Positions 45,652-55,243 are shown, counted from the stretch's first letter. The stretch: 64,000 nt of DNA from Candidatus Eiseniibacteriota bacterium (GCA_044223005.1 JBGAML010000002.1:128001-192000); one strand, 5' to 3'. The notes: generated from the sequence alone by a model not told the origin. Numbers and translations: made by a program.

Positions 45652-47256
45652 CTGCGTTCTCTCCTCCGATCGATCGTCCTCCTCGCGCTCGTCGCCTGCG
45701 GCCGCCCCGTCGCGGCCGAAACGCCGTGGCGCATTCCCGAATCGGGGGTCGAGGACCCGCCGCCGGTGGTGCTCACGGCGACGCCGAACGCGCTGCCGCG
45801 GTTCGCGCTCTTCGGCTGGGTGAGCCCGCCGCTGGACCAGACGACGACCTCGCGCTACCTCGACATGAAGGACCTCGGCTTCAACCTCGCGGTGCTGGCG
45901 TGGGACGACACCGGCTACGTCGAGGACAACCGCGCGCGGCTCGCGGTGACTGGGCCGCTCGGCATCGGCAACCTGATGGTCGACAACCGGCTCGACAGCA
46001 TCTTCGTCTCACGGCCCGAGACGTGGCCGCTCGCCGATTCGCTCGTCGACGACTACCGCTCCGATCCCGCGTTCACGGGCTGGTACCTCGGCGACGAGCC
46101 CGGCCCCGAACTGTTCGGGCGGCTCGGCGAGTGGTACGCCATACTGCGCGAACGCGATCCCTACCATCCCGCGTGGAACAGCCTGCGGGGCCGTATGACG
46201 TTCGGGAGCCACGCCGCGTACGCCGCCTATATCCAGGCGTTCGTCGATTCGACGCATCCGGCGGTGCTGTGCAACAGCCAGTACGACTTCCACGACGGCT
46301 GGGACGCGCACCAGCTGGTCGAGAACGTGTCCACGCTCGCCACGATCGCCCACGCCCGCGGGATCCCGTTCTGGGGCATCATCCAGGAAGTGGAGCACTG
46401 GGTGTTCCGCCCGGTCACGGATGGGATGCTGCGCTGGCAGATCGCGCAGTGGATGGTGTACGGCGCGAGCGGCATCGGCTACTTCACCTACTGGACCCCG
46501 GCGCCCGATCCGTACTACGACTGGCAGCCCGCGCTCGTGGAATGGGGGAGCGGCACACCCACCGCGACGTACGACACGGTGCAGGTGATCGACCGCCATC
46601 TCGCGCCGATCGGCAACGTCCTCGCCGGCGCGGACTGGCTCATCGCGCAGTACGCGGGCTCGGTGCCGGCGTACGGCGTGCCGTTCTCGCCCAACGGCAT
46701 GATCTCGGCCGTGAGCGGGCGCGCCGCGCTCGGGTTCTTCGCGGATTCCACGATGACGCCGCTCGTGCTGGTCGCCAACTCGGATTCGCTCTCGGCGCGC
46801 ACGATCACGCTCACGCTCGCGGGTGGCCGGCGCGCGTGGGGCCTGCGTGACGACGGCAGCTGGGCGCAGCTGTTCGCGCGTCCCGACGGCCGGCTCTCGG
46901 TCACGCTCGCCGCGGGCGACTTCCTGCTGCTGCGGCTGAGCGGTGTCGTCTCGCCGCTGCCCGCAGACGTTCCGCCGTCCGCCGGGGCGCCGGTCGCGTT
47001 CGCCGTGTCGCCCAATCCCGCCCGCGGCGACGTGCGGTTCGCGTTCGCGAGTGGCGACGGGCCCGCGCGGATCGCGCTCTACGATCTCTCCGGCCGGCGC
47101 GTCTGGGCGCGCGACCTCGAGCCCGGCGCCACGTCGGTGCGCTGGGACGGCGACGACGCGCGCGGCGGCCGCGCGCCCGCCGGCGTCTACCTCGCGCGGC
47201 TCGAGCGCGGGGGCGCGGCGCAGGTGCGGCGCGTGGCCTGGCTCGGCGCGCGGTGA
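45652..47256 (+). CDS. Secreted glycoside-hydrolase-like protein with C-terminal FlgD-Ig/T9SS-like domain (paralog 2)
   Basis: GWYLGDEP, YGASGIGYFTYW and SPNPARG...WDGDD...GVYLARLE. The signal peptide is only included if translation starts at CTG 45652; the first canonical start is GTG 45766. Confidence 0.75.
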   Translation: MRSLLRSIVLLALVACGRPVAAETPWRIPESGVEDPPPVVLTATPNALPRFALFGWVSPPLDQTTTSRYLDMKDLGFNLAVLAWDDTGYVEDNRARLAVTGPLGIGNLMVDNRLDSIFVSRPETWPLADSLVDDYRSDPAFTGWYLGDEPGPELFGRLGEWYAILRERDPYHPAWNSLRGRMTFGSHAAYAAYIQAFVDSTHPAVLCNSQYDFHDGWDAHQLVENVSTLATIAHARGIPFWGIIQEVEHWVFRPVTDGMLRWQIAQWMVYGASGIGYFTYWTPAPDPYYDWQPALVEWGSGTPTATYDTVQVIDRHLAPIGNVLAGADWLIAQYAGSVPAYGVPFSPNGMISAVSGRAALGFFADSTMTPLVLVANSDSLSARTITLTLAGGRRAWGLRDDGSWAQLFARPDGRLSVTLAAGDFLLLRLSGVVSPLPADVPPSAGAPVAFAVSPNPARGDVRFAFASGDGPARIALYDLSGRRVWARDLEPGATSVRWDGDDARGGRAPAGVYLARLERGGAAQVRRVAWLGAR

Positions 47257-47954
47257 GCACACGCGGCGCGCGCACGCTCGCGGCGCTCGAGCGCGCGATC
47301 GTGGCGTGCGAGCGCTGCCCGCGGCTGCGCGATTACTGCGCGCAGGTGGCGGTGGAGAAGCGGCGCGCCTACCGCGACGAAACCTACTGGGGCCGGCCGG
47401 TACCCGGATTCGGCGACCCGCACGCACGCGTGCTGCTCGTCGGGCTCGCGCCCGGCGCGCACGGCGCCAATCGCACCGGCCGCATGTTCACCGGTGATTC
47501 GAGCGGCGACTGGCTCTACGACGCGCTGCATCGCGCGGGCTTCGCCAGCCAGGCCGAGAGCCGCGCACGCGACGACGGCATGCGCCTGGACGGCGTGTGG
47601 ATCGGCGCCGCGGGGCGCTGCGCGCCGCCCGACAACAAGCCGCTCCCGGAGGAGCTCGCCGCGTGCCGCGACCATCTCGCCGGCGAGATCCGCCTGCTGC
47701 CGCGCGTGCGGGTCGTGCTCGCGCTCGGCCGCATCGCGCACGAGGCGTACCTGCGCGCCGGCGGCTGGTGGGAGCGATTCGCGCCGCGCGAACGCCCGGC
47801 GTTCGCGCACGGCGGCGAAGTCGCGCTGCCCGGCGGCCCCGTGCTCGTGAGCTCGTTCCACCCGAGCCGGCAGAACACGCAGACCGGCCGGCTGACGCGC
47901 GCCATGTGGTATCGCGTGTTCGCGCGCGTGCGCGCGCTCGCCGGCGCGCACTGA
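47253..47954 (+). CDS. Uracil-DNA glycosylase family 5 (UdgB-like)
   Basis: CERCPRL, GLAPGAHGANRTGRMFTGD, RCAPPDNKP and HPSRQN. Confidence 0.93.
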   Translation: MSTRGARTLAALERAIVACERCPRLRDYCAQVAVEKRRAYRDETYWGRPVPGFGDPHARVLLVGLAPGAHGANRTGRMFTGDSSGDWLYDALHRAGFASQAESRARDDGMRLDGVWIGAAGRCAPPDNKPLPEELAACRDHLAGEIRLLPRVRVVLALGRIAHEAYLRAGGWWERFAPRERPAFAHGGEVALPGGPVLVSSFHPSRQNTQTGRLTRAMWYRVFARVRALAGAH

Positions 47955-47973
47955 CGCCGGCGCCGCTTTCGCG

Positions 47974-48002
47974 TTGACCTCGGGAGCCCCGTCGGCGATG
48001 CT
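47974..48002 (+). promoter_or_regulatory. Sigma70-like promoter of the riboswitch leader
   Basis: TTGACC-N17-GATGCT just upstream of the riboswitch. Confidence 0.5.
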
Positions 48003-48013
48003 GCGTCCGACAT

Positions 48014-48188
48014 CTTCCGGGTGCCCACATCGCGTGGGGTAAGAGGGAAGCGGGTGAAAATCCCGCACGGTCCCGCCACTGTGATGGGCGCGCGCTCTTC
48101 GTGCCACGGATCCCATGCGGATCCGGAAGGCGAGCGCGATCGGACGGAGCATCGTCCGGCGCCCCGAGTCAGGAAACCTGCCCGGAAG
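48014..48188 (+). ncRNA. Cobalamin riboswitch
   Basis: AAGAGGGAAGCGGGTGAAAATCCCGCACGGTCCCGCCACTGTGA, GCCAC...GGAAGGC and B12 box GAGTCAGGAAACCTGCC; closing helix CTTCCGGG/CCCGGAAG. Confidence 0.95.
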
Positions 48189-48242
48189 CCACGGACACGC
48201 ACCACCTCGCAGGAGGGTGGTCGCGGATCGCGGTGCCGTCCG

Positions 48243-48284
48243 GCCCCGTTTCCGCGCACGACCCTTCGCGGAGGCGGGGCGTTT
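48243..48284 (+). terminator. Riboswitch expression-platform hairpin
   Basis: GCCCCGTTTCCGCG pairs with CGCGGAGGCGGGGC (G-U allowed), followed by GTTT; it sequesters a GGAGG. Confidence 0.5.
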
Positions 48285-48306
48285 CGATGCGAGCGCGAAC
48301 GACGCC

Positions 48307-50325
48307 GTGATCGAACAGCTCTTCACCGCCCTGTTGCCGGGCGCGCTCGCCGCGCTCGCCGCCGCCACGAGCGCGGACACGCTCGCGCGCCCCGTGCGCA
48401 CGCTGCCGCCCGTCGAGGTGGCCGCCGCGCGCGAACGGCTCGACGCGCGCCGCCGGCTGCCCACCGCCGCGGTGACCGACGTCGACGCGCGCGCGCGTGC
48501 CGCCGCGTTGAGCGGAGTCGGCGAACTGCTCGCGACCACCGCGGGCGCGCGCGTCGTGGACTACGGCGGGCTCGGTGCGTTCAGCACGATCTCGCTGCGC
48601 GGCGCCTCGCCCGCGCAGGTGCGCGTCTACCTGGACGGCGTGCCTCTCGCCTCGGCGGCGAACGGGGTCGTGAACCTCGCCGACCTGCCCGCGGGCGCGC
48701 TCGACCGGATCGAGGTCTGGCGCGGTCGCGCGCCACTCGCGTTCGGCGCCGACGCGCCGGGCGGCGCGGTGAACCTGGTGACGATCGGTTCACCCGCCGT
48801 GCGCGAGCTGCACGTGGCGCACGGATCGTTCGGCACGTGGGAGGCACGCGGGTCCGCCGGCGCGACGCACGGGCCGCTCTCGCTGCTCGCGCACGCCGGC
48901 TACTCGGGCACGCGCGGCGATTTCGAGTTCCGCAACGACAACGCGACGCCGTTCAACACCGCCGACGACGTGGATGCGACCCGCATCAACGACCGCTCCG
49001 ACGCGAACGACGGGCTGCTCCGGCTCGGCTGGGCGATCGCGCCGCTCTGGCGCGCGAGCCTGCGCGGCGAGACGTTCCACCGCGCGCAGGGCGTGCCCGG
49101 CCTCGCCGCGTCGCAGGCGCCGAACCCGCGCCTCGCCTCGGCGCGTGATCTCGTCGCGGTGGAGCTCGAGCGCGTGGCCGCGCCCGCGACGCCCGGCGCG
49201 GTGGTGCGCGCGTGGAGCAAGCGCGAGGCGACGACGTTCCGCGATCCCGAGGGTGAGTTGCACCTCGGGCGCTTCGACGGCACGTCGCGCTTTCGCGACC
49301 GGCAGGCCGCACTCGCGCTGCGCAGCCCGGCAGGCTGGCGATGGGTGACCGCCGAAATCGGCGGCGACCTCCGCGCCGAGACGGCCGAGCCCGTCGCGCC
49401 GTCGATCGGGCAGGCGATCCCGGCCGAGAGCCGGCGGACGACCCGCGGCTGCTTCGCGACGCTGCAGCTGCACGCGTGGGACGATCGCGCGCTGCTGCAC
49501 GCCGCGCGGCGCTGGGATCGGCAGGAGGACCACATCCGCGGCACGCTGACGTTCGGCGCACCGTTCGCGAACGACGCCGTGCGCGAGCTCGATTCGCCGC
49601 AGCTCGGTGCGCGCGTGCGGCTGCCGCGAGGGCTCGAAGCGCGCGGCAACTGGTCGCGGGCGACGCGCGCGCCGGCGTTCGGCGAGATCTTCGGCGACTA
49701 CGCCTACGTCGCGCCGAACCTCAGGCTGGAGCCCGAGCGCTCGGAGAGCTGGGACGCGGCACTCGCGTGGAGCGGTGACGTGCCGGGCGGCCGCGTGAAC
49801 GCCGGGTGGACACGGCACGCGTCGCACGTGCGCGACCTGATCGGCTGGACGCCCGCGCAGGGGCGCACGTTCCGCGCGAGCAACCTGAGCCGCGCCGAGA
49901 TCCGCGGGGAGGAGCTCGAGCTCGCATGCGCGTGGCCCGCGCTCACGCTCGGAGCGACGCGGGCCTGGACGAGCGCACTGCAGACCGACCCCGGCAACAT
50001 CTACTACGGCCGCCGGCTGCCGCTGCGGCCGTCCCACCAGGCGTCGCTGTGGCTCGATGCGCGCCGCGGGGCGTGGCGCGCGCGCGCCGATGTCGTCGAT
50101 CTCGGCGACGACTACCGCGACCCCATCAACTTCAACCGCCTGCCCGGCCGCACGATCGTCGGCGCGTCGCTCTCGCGCGCGCTCGGCGTCACCACCTGGA
50201 CGCTGGAAGGCCGCAACCTCGGCGATCGTCGCGTGAGCGACGTCGCCGGCTATCCGCTGCCCGGCCGCAGCGTGTACGTCGCGTGCGACGTGCGCTTCGC
50301 GCCGGCGAACGCCGCACGACCGTGA
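48307..50325 (+). CDS. TonB-dependent receptor, probably for cobalamin (BtuB-like)
   Basis: Plug motifs ISLRG, VYLDGVP, DRIEVWRG and GGAVNLVT; C-terminal NLGD...GYPLPGRSVY; lies downstream of a B12 riboswitch. Confidence 0.9.
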   Translation: MIEQLFTALLPGALAALAAATSADTLARPVRTLPPVEVAAARERLDARRRLPTAAVTDVDARARAAALSGVGELLATTAGARVVDYGGLGAFSTISLRGASPAQVRVYLDGVPLASAANGVVNLADLPAGALDRIEVWRGRAPLAFGADAPGGAVNLVTIGSPAVRELHVAHGSFGTWEARGSAGATHGPLSLLAHAGYSGTRGDFEFRNDNATPFNTADDVDATRINDRSDANDGLLRLGWAIAPLWRASLRGETFHRAQGVPGLAASQAPNPRLASARDLVAVELERVAAPATPGAVVRAWSKREATTFRDPEGELHLGRFDGTSRFRDRQAALALRSPAGWRWVTAEIGGDLRAETAEPVAPSIGQAIPAESRRTTRGCFATLQLHAWDDRALLHAARRWDRQEDHIRGTLTFGAPFANDAVRELDSPQLGARVRLPRGLEARGNWSRATRAPAFGEIFGDYAYVAPNLRLEPERSESWDAALAWSGDVPGGRVNAGWTRHASHVRDLIGWTPAQGRTFRASNLSRAEIRGEELELACAWPALTLGATRAWTSALQTDPGNIYYGRRLPLRPSHQASLWLDARRGAWRARADVVDLGDDYRDPINFNRLPGRTIVGASLSRALGVTTWTLEGRNLGDRRVSDVAGYPLPGRSVYVACDVRFAPANAARP

Positions 50326-50342
50326 CCGGAGGACCTCTTCGC

Positions 50343-51731
50343 ATGCGCCCGCTCCTCGCACTCGCCCTGCTGCTCGCATTCGCCGCCCCCGCGCGTGCCG
50401 CGGTGTCGCAGGCGTTCGTGTTCCAGACCGACTATTCCACCGGCAGCCTCAGCACGGTCGACCTCCCGGCGCGCACGACGCATTGCGACGTCACCTCCGT
50501 CGGCGCCGACGCCGCGATGCGCTGGTACGGCGGCCTGCTCTGCGTGGTGAACCGCGCGGGCGGCGACAACATCCAGGTGATCGATCCGTTCACGCACGGC
50601 ACGTTGCGGCAGTTCTCGGTGGGCGCGGGCTCGAACCCGCACGACATCGCGTTCGCGTCCGCGACCCACGCGTACGTGACGCGCTGGGAGAGCAACGACC
50701 TCTGGATCGTGAACCCCGTGACCGGAGCCAAGACCGGCCAGGTCTCGCTCGCCGCGTGGGCCGACGCCGACGGCCTGTGCGAGATGGATCGCATGATCGT
50801 CGTCGGCCCCTGGCTCTTCGTCTCGCTCGAGCGCATCGACCGCAACCACGGCTACGGGCCCGCGGACACGGCGCTGGTCGCGGTGGTCGACACGCGCGCC
50901 GACACGCTCGTCGACTGCGATCCGGCGCGGCCCGGCGTGCAGGCGATCCCGCTCCAGCTCCGCAATCCCTTCACGGCGTTCCAGTTCGATCGCGCCACCA
51001 GCCGGCTGCTGATCGGCTGCGTGGGGGTGTTCTCCGCGAACGACGGCGGCATCGAGCGGATCGATCCCACGGCACTGAAGAGCGACGGCGTCGCGATCAC
51101 CGAGGCCGCGCTGGGCGGTGACGTGAACGGCGTCGCGTGGAGCGATTCGGCGCACGCGTGGGCGATCGTCGCGACCGGCGGCGACACGCGGCTCGTCGCC
51201 TGGAGCGCGGCGACGCACGCCGTGACCGACACGCTGTGGGCGCCCGGCGGCTACTCGCTCACCGACGTGCAGTTCGACGACCGCGGCCAGGTCTGGGCGT
51301 GCGACGGGGACTTCGCGGCGCCGAAGCTGCGCGTGTTCTCGGCGGCCACCGGGCAGCCGGTCGGATCCGACATCGTGTGCACGCTGCCGCCGACGTCCGT
51401 GACCTTCGATGCGACGAGCGCCCAGGTGAGCGCGGTGCCCCCGGCCGCGCTTCCGGCGCTCGCGTGCACGCCCCCGGCGCCGAACCCCGCGCGCGCCGGG
51501 ACGCGGCTGGCGTTCACGCTCCCGCACGGTGCGCACGTGCGCGCGGAGGTGATGGACGCGCAGGGCCGCCGCGTGCGCACGCTCGCGGACGCGTACTGGC
51601 CCGCGGGCGCCGGCGCCCTGGCGTGGGATCTCGCGAGCGAGCGCGGCGATCGCGTCGCGCCCGGGATCTACCTCGTGCGGGTGCGCGCCGAGGGCGCGGA
51701 AGCCGTGCGGCGGGTGATCGTGTTGCCCTGA
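50343..51731 (+). CDS. Secreted YncE/BtuG-like beta-propeller protein with FlgD-Ig/T9SS-like C-terminal domain
   Basis: Signal peptide (ARA-AV), propeller repeats (VVNR..DNIQVID, NPHDIAF..AYVT), tail APNPAR...GRRVRTL...WD...PGIYLVRV; GGAGG RBS. Confidence 0.82.
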   Translation: MRPLLALALLLAFAAPARAAVSQAFVFQTDYSTGSLSTVDLPARTTHCDVTSVGADAAMRWYGGLLCVVNRAGGDNIQVIDPFTHGTLRQFSVGAGSNPHDIAFASATHAYVTRWESNDLWIVNPVTGAKTGQVSLAAWADADGLCEMDRMIVVGPWLFVSLERIDRNHGYGPADTALVAVVDTRADTLVDCDPARPGVQAIPLQLRNPFTAFQFDRATSRLLIGCVGVFSANDGGIERIDPTALKSDGVAITEAALGGDVNGVAWSDSAHAWAIVATGGDTRLVAWSAATHAVTDTLWAPGGYSLTDVQFDDRGQVWACDGDFAAPKLRVFSAATGQPVGSDIVCTLPPTSVTFDATSAQVSAVPPAALPALACTPPAPNPARAGTRLAFTLPHGAHVRAEVMDAQGRRVRTLADAYWPAGAGALAWDLASERGDRVAPGIYLVRVRAEGAEAVRRVIVLP

Positions 51732-51801
51732 GCGCGTGGCCCGGCGGCGGGCCGCCCGCTAAGATGCGGCGGTCCGCCGTCCGTCCACGCCGCGAGGTGC
51801 C

Positions 51802-53142
51802 ATGCCGCGCCGCCTGTTCCAGGTCCTGTTGCTGAACGCCGCACTCGCGTGCGCGCCGCACGCCGCGCACGCGGCCGCGCCTGCCGCCGCCGAATCCGTG
51901 TCGGCGCCGGTGCCGGCCGCGGCGGTCGCTGCGGCTCCGGCGCCGCCGGCGCGCGACTACCTCGCCGAGGCGCGCGCGTCGTTCACGCCCGCGAACCGCG
52001 CCTACAGCTCGGCGCGCGTGGTGGTGCTGCTCGCGGGTCCGCTCTACGGCGTGCTCTGCGGGCTGCTGCTCCTCTTCAGCGGGCTCTCGGCGCGCTTCCG
52101 CGATATCGCGCACGGGCTCGGCCACCGGCGCTACGTGCGCGTGCTCGTCTACTTCACGCTCTACGCGACGGCGATGTTCGTGCTCGGGCTGCCGCTCGCG
52201 TGGTACCAGGAGTACGCGCTCGAACACCGCTTCGGGCTCTCGACGCAGGGGCTCGGCGGCTGGCTGCTCGATGCGGTGAAGGGCCTCGTCACGCTCGTCG
52301 TGGGTCTCGGCGTACTGCCGCTGCTCGCGCTCGCGTGGCGCTCGGTCGAGCTCTCGCCCCGCCGCTGGTGGCTCTGGCTCGCGGCCGGCTGTGCGCCGGT
52401 GCTCGTGGCCGCGATGTTGCTCGAGCCGCTGGTCCTGGACCCGCTCTACAACCGCTTCACGCCGCTGCACGACCCCGGGCTGCGGACCGAGATCCTCGCT
52501 CTCGCGGGCCGCGCCGGCGTGCCCGCGCAGAACGTCTACCAGGTCGACATGGGTACGCGGACCCGGAAGCTCAACGCCTACGTGAACGGCTTCGGCAGTT
52601 CGCTGCGCGTCGTGCTGTGGGACACCACGCTGCGCGAGATGAAGCGGGACGAGATCCTGTTCGTCACCGCGCACGAGCTGGGGCACTACGCGCTCGGCCA
52701 CCCGTGGTGGGGACTCGTCTTCATGGTGCTCGCGGCGTTCCCGGGCCTGTGGCTCGCCGCGCGCGGGGCCCGGTTCCTCGTCGACCGCTTCGGTGAGGCC
52801 TGGGGAACCCGTGGAGTCGGAGACCTCGCGGCGTTTCCCGCCATCGCGCTCTCGCTGACGCTGGTCTCGCTCGCGGCGACGCCGGCGGTGAATGCGCTCT
52901 CGCGCAGTGTGGAGCACGCCGCCGACGTCTTCGCGCTCGACATGACGCACGACGGCGACGCGGCCCAGCGCGCGTTCCTCGCGCTGGCGCAGGGCAACCG
53001 TTCGAACCCCGAACCCTCCGCGCTCGTCCGGTTCCTGCTCTACGACCATCCCGCGCTGGCCGAGCGCATCCGCTTCGCGCGCGACTACCACCCGTGGAGC
53101 GAAGGCCGCCCCGGCCGCTACGACGCCCGCATCCGGCGCTGA
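51802..53142 (+). CDS. M48 (Ste24/HtpX-like) membrane metallopeptidase
   Basis: NAYVNGFG, VVLWDT, HELGH, EHAAD and HPALAERI. Confidence 0.93.
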   Translation: MPRRLFQVLLLNAALACAPHAAHAAAPAAAESVSAPVPAAAVAAAPAPPARDYLAEARASFTPANRAYSSARVVVLLAGPLYGVLCGLLLLFSGLSARFRDIAHGLGHRRYVRVLVYFTLYATAMFVLGLPLAWYQEYALEHRFGLSTQGLGGWLLDAVKGLVTLVVGLGVLPLLALAWRSVELSPRRWWLWLAAGCAPVLVAAMLLEPLVLDPLYNRFTPLHDPGLRTEILALAGRAGVPAQNVYQVDMGTRTRKLNAYVNGFGSSLRVVLWDTTLREMKRDEILFVTAHELGHYALGHPWWGLVFMVLAAFPGLWLAARGARFLVDRFGEAWGTRGVGDLAAFPAIALSLTLVSLAATPAVNALSRSVEHAADVFALDMTHDGDAAQRAFLALAQGNRSNPEPSALVRFLLYDHPALAERIRFARDYHPWSEGRPGRYDARIRR

Positions 53143-53188
53143 CTTCCGCCGGGTGGCGCGCGCCACGCCCGCCTCGTACCCTCGCGCC

Positions 53189-53881
53189 ATGACCGATCGC
53201 CCGCTCGTCTGGCTCTTCGACGTCGACGGTACGCTGCTCACCACCGAGAACGCCGGGCGCATGGCGCTCGCGGCGGGACTGCGCGAGCACTACGGGATCG
53301 ACGACGACCTCACCTCGATCCCCATGGCGGGCCGCACCGATCCGCTGATCCTCGGCGACGCGATGCGCAAGCACGGCATCGCGCCCGACGGCGAGGCCGA
53401 TCGCGCCGCGCTCTGGGCGGCGATCCTCGGGGCGATGGAGCGGCTCATGACGCCGCCGCGGGGCCGGCTGCTGCCGGGCGTCCACGCCGTGCTCGACCAT
53501 GTCGACGCGCGGCCGGGCTGGGTGCCGGCGCTGCTCACGGGCAACGTGCGGGAGATGGCGCGGCTCAAGCTGGGTGCGTTCGGCATCTGGGAGCGGTTCC
53601 GCTTCGGCGCGTTCGGCGACGACGCGGCCGATCGCGACGGCATCGCCCGCGTCGCGGTCGCGCGCGCGGCCGCGGCCTGCGGCGTGCCGCCCTCGCGTTG
53701 CGTCGTGGTGGGCGACACGGAGCTCGACATCGCCTGCGCCCGCGCCGCGGGTGCGCACGCGGTGGCGGTCGCGACCGGTGGACGGACCCGGGCACAGCTC
53801 GCGCCGCACGCGCCCGACCTGCTGCTCGACGATCTCGCGGACCCCGCGCCACTCGTCGATTGGGCGGCGGCGCTCGACTGA
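53189..53881 (+). CDS. HAD-superfamily hydrolase
   Basis: FDVDGT, GRTD, LTGN and VGDTELD. Confidence 0.92.
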   Translation: MTDRPLVWLFDVDGTLLTTENAGRMALAAGLREHYGIDDDLTSIPMAGRTDPLILGDAMRKHGIAPDGEADRAALWAAILGAMERLMTPPRGRLLPGVHAVLDHVDARPGWVPALLTGNVREMARLKLGAFGIWERFRFGAFGDDAADRDGIARVAVARAAAACGVPPSRCVVVGDTELDIACARAAGAHAVAVATGGRTRAQLAPHAPDLLLDDLADPAPLVDWAAALD

Positions 53882-53897
53882 CGGCGCGCCCGGGCGA

Positions 53898-54512
53898 TCA
53901 GGCGTCGAACCGGATCCCGTCCCAGGATTCACAGCGCAGGTCCTCGCCGTGCAGTCGGGCCTCGACCCGCGACGCGTAGCCGAGCGGGTGCGCCGCGACG
54001 AAGGCCGGGTCGAGGTTCTCCATCACCTCCGGCAGCGCCTGGGCGAACGTGCCGGCGTGCCCGACGAGCACCACGGTCACGTCGTGGCGGCCGTACTCGT
54101 CGATCATGCGCTGCACGAACGGCACGAACCGCGCGAGGATGTCCTCCCGGCTCTCGCCGCGCGGCATGCGAGTCTCGGACGCCCCGTTGCGCCAGCGCGC
54201 CTCGAGCGCCGCGACCATCTTGCCGCCCTCGTGGTACGGGCGGCCCTCGAGCAGCCCCAGCTGGTACTCCGACAGCGCGGGCTCGGCGTCGATCGGGACC
54301 TCGAGCCGGGCCGCGATCGCCTGCGCGGTTTCGGCCGCGCGCTGGAGCGGGCTGCTGAACACCACGACGACGCCTGTGCCGGCGAGCGACTCCGCGACGA
54401 GACGGGCCTGCTCGCGGCCGGCCGCGGTGAGCGGGTGCTTCCAGCCGGTGTTGGAGTAGACCTGCTGGACGTTCGCTTCGCTCTCGCCGTGACGAACGAA
54501 GACGATGCGCAT
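53898..54512 (-). CDS. Histidine phosphatase family protein
   Basis: RHGES, SSPLQRA, GES and VGHAG. Confidence 0.92.
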   Translation of the reverse strand: MRIVFVRHGESEANVQQVYSNTGWKHPLTAAGREQARLVAESLAGTGVVVVFSSPLQRAAETAQAIAARLEVPIDAEPALSEYQLGLLEGRPYHEGGKMVAALEARWRNGASETRMPRGESREDILARFVPFVQRMIDEYGRHDVTVVLVGHAGTFAQALPEVMENLDPAFVAAHPLGYASRVEARLHGEDLRCESWDGIRFDA

Positions 54513-54537
54513 GGGGAGGGGGCGACCGGCGCGAGCG

Positions 54538-55161
54538 CTAGAGGTCGCCCTCGCTCTCGCGCCGCGCGGCCTCGGCCTCGAAGAACGCGAGCGCGTCGTC
54601 CAGGTTCTGCGCGATCGCGGCGCCCTCGAACTCGCGGCGCAACGCGTCGACCGGGCGGTAGAGCACCGGGAAGTCGCACGAGCGCAGGAGCGAGAAGTCG
54701 TTCATCGAATCGCCCATCGCCGCGACCTTGAAGCCGGCGAGCTTGAAGCCCGACACGATCCGCTCCTTCTGGCCGCGGATGCGCAGGCGGATGCCGCGGA
54801 TCTTCCCGTCGCCGTCGAGGTCGAAGCGGTTGGCGAACAGGTTCACGCCACCGAGCTTCGCCGCGAGCGGGTCGGCCAGTTCGTGGAACGTGTCCGAGAT
54901 GATCACCACGTTGCCCATGGCCCGCAGCCGGGCGATGAACTCCCGGGCGCCCAGGTAGGGCTCGACCGCGTGGGCGAGGTTCTGCAGGTCGGCGAGCTTG
55001 AGCCCCGCGGTCGCCGCGGCCTGGACGCGCCGGCGCATCAGTTCGTCGAAGTCGCCGATGTCGCGGGTGGTGAAATTGAACTCGCGGACGCCGAAGTGCG
55101 CGCCCAGGACAGGCCAGATTTCGGGTGCCAGGCACCCTTCGAGATCGAGGGCGAAGATCAT
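54538..55161 (-). CDS. thrH: Phosphoserine phosphatase / homoserine phosphotransferase
   Basis: LDLEGCLAPEIW, TTRD..DFDELM, IISDTF and GDSMND. Confidence 0.88.
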   Translation of the reverse strand: MIFALDLEGCLAPEIWPVLGAHFGVREFNFTTRDIGDFDELMRRRVQAAATAGLKLADLQNLAHAVEPYLGAREFIARLRAMGNVVIISDTFHELADPLAAKLGGVNLFANRFDLDGDGKIRGIRLRIRGQKERIVSGFKLAGFKVAAMGDSMNDFSLLRSCDFPVLYRPVDALRREFEGAAIAQNLDDALAFFEAEAARRESEGDL

Positions 55162-55243
55162 GGGCCCGGCACGCTAGCAGGGGCACCCGGGCCGGTCCAG
55201 CCGGTCGCCGCGGGACGACGGGTGGATGCCGAATGAATTACAG

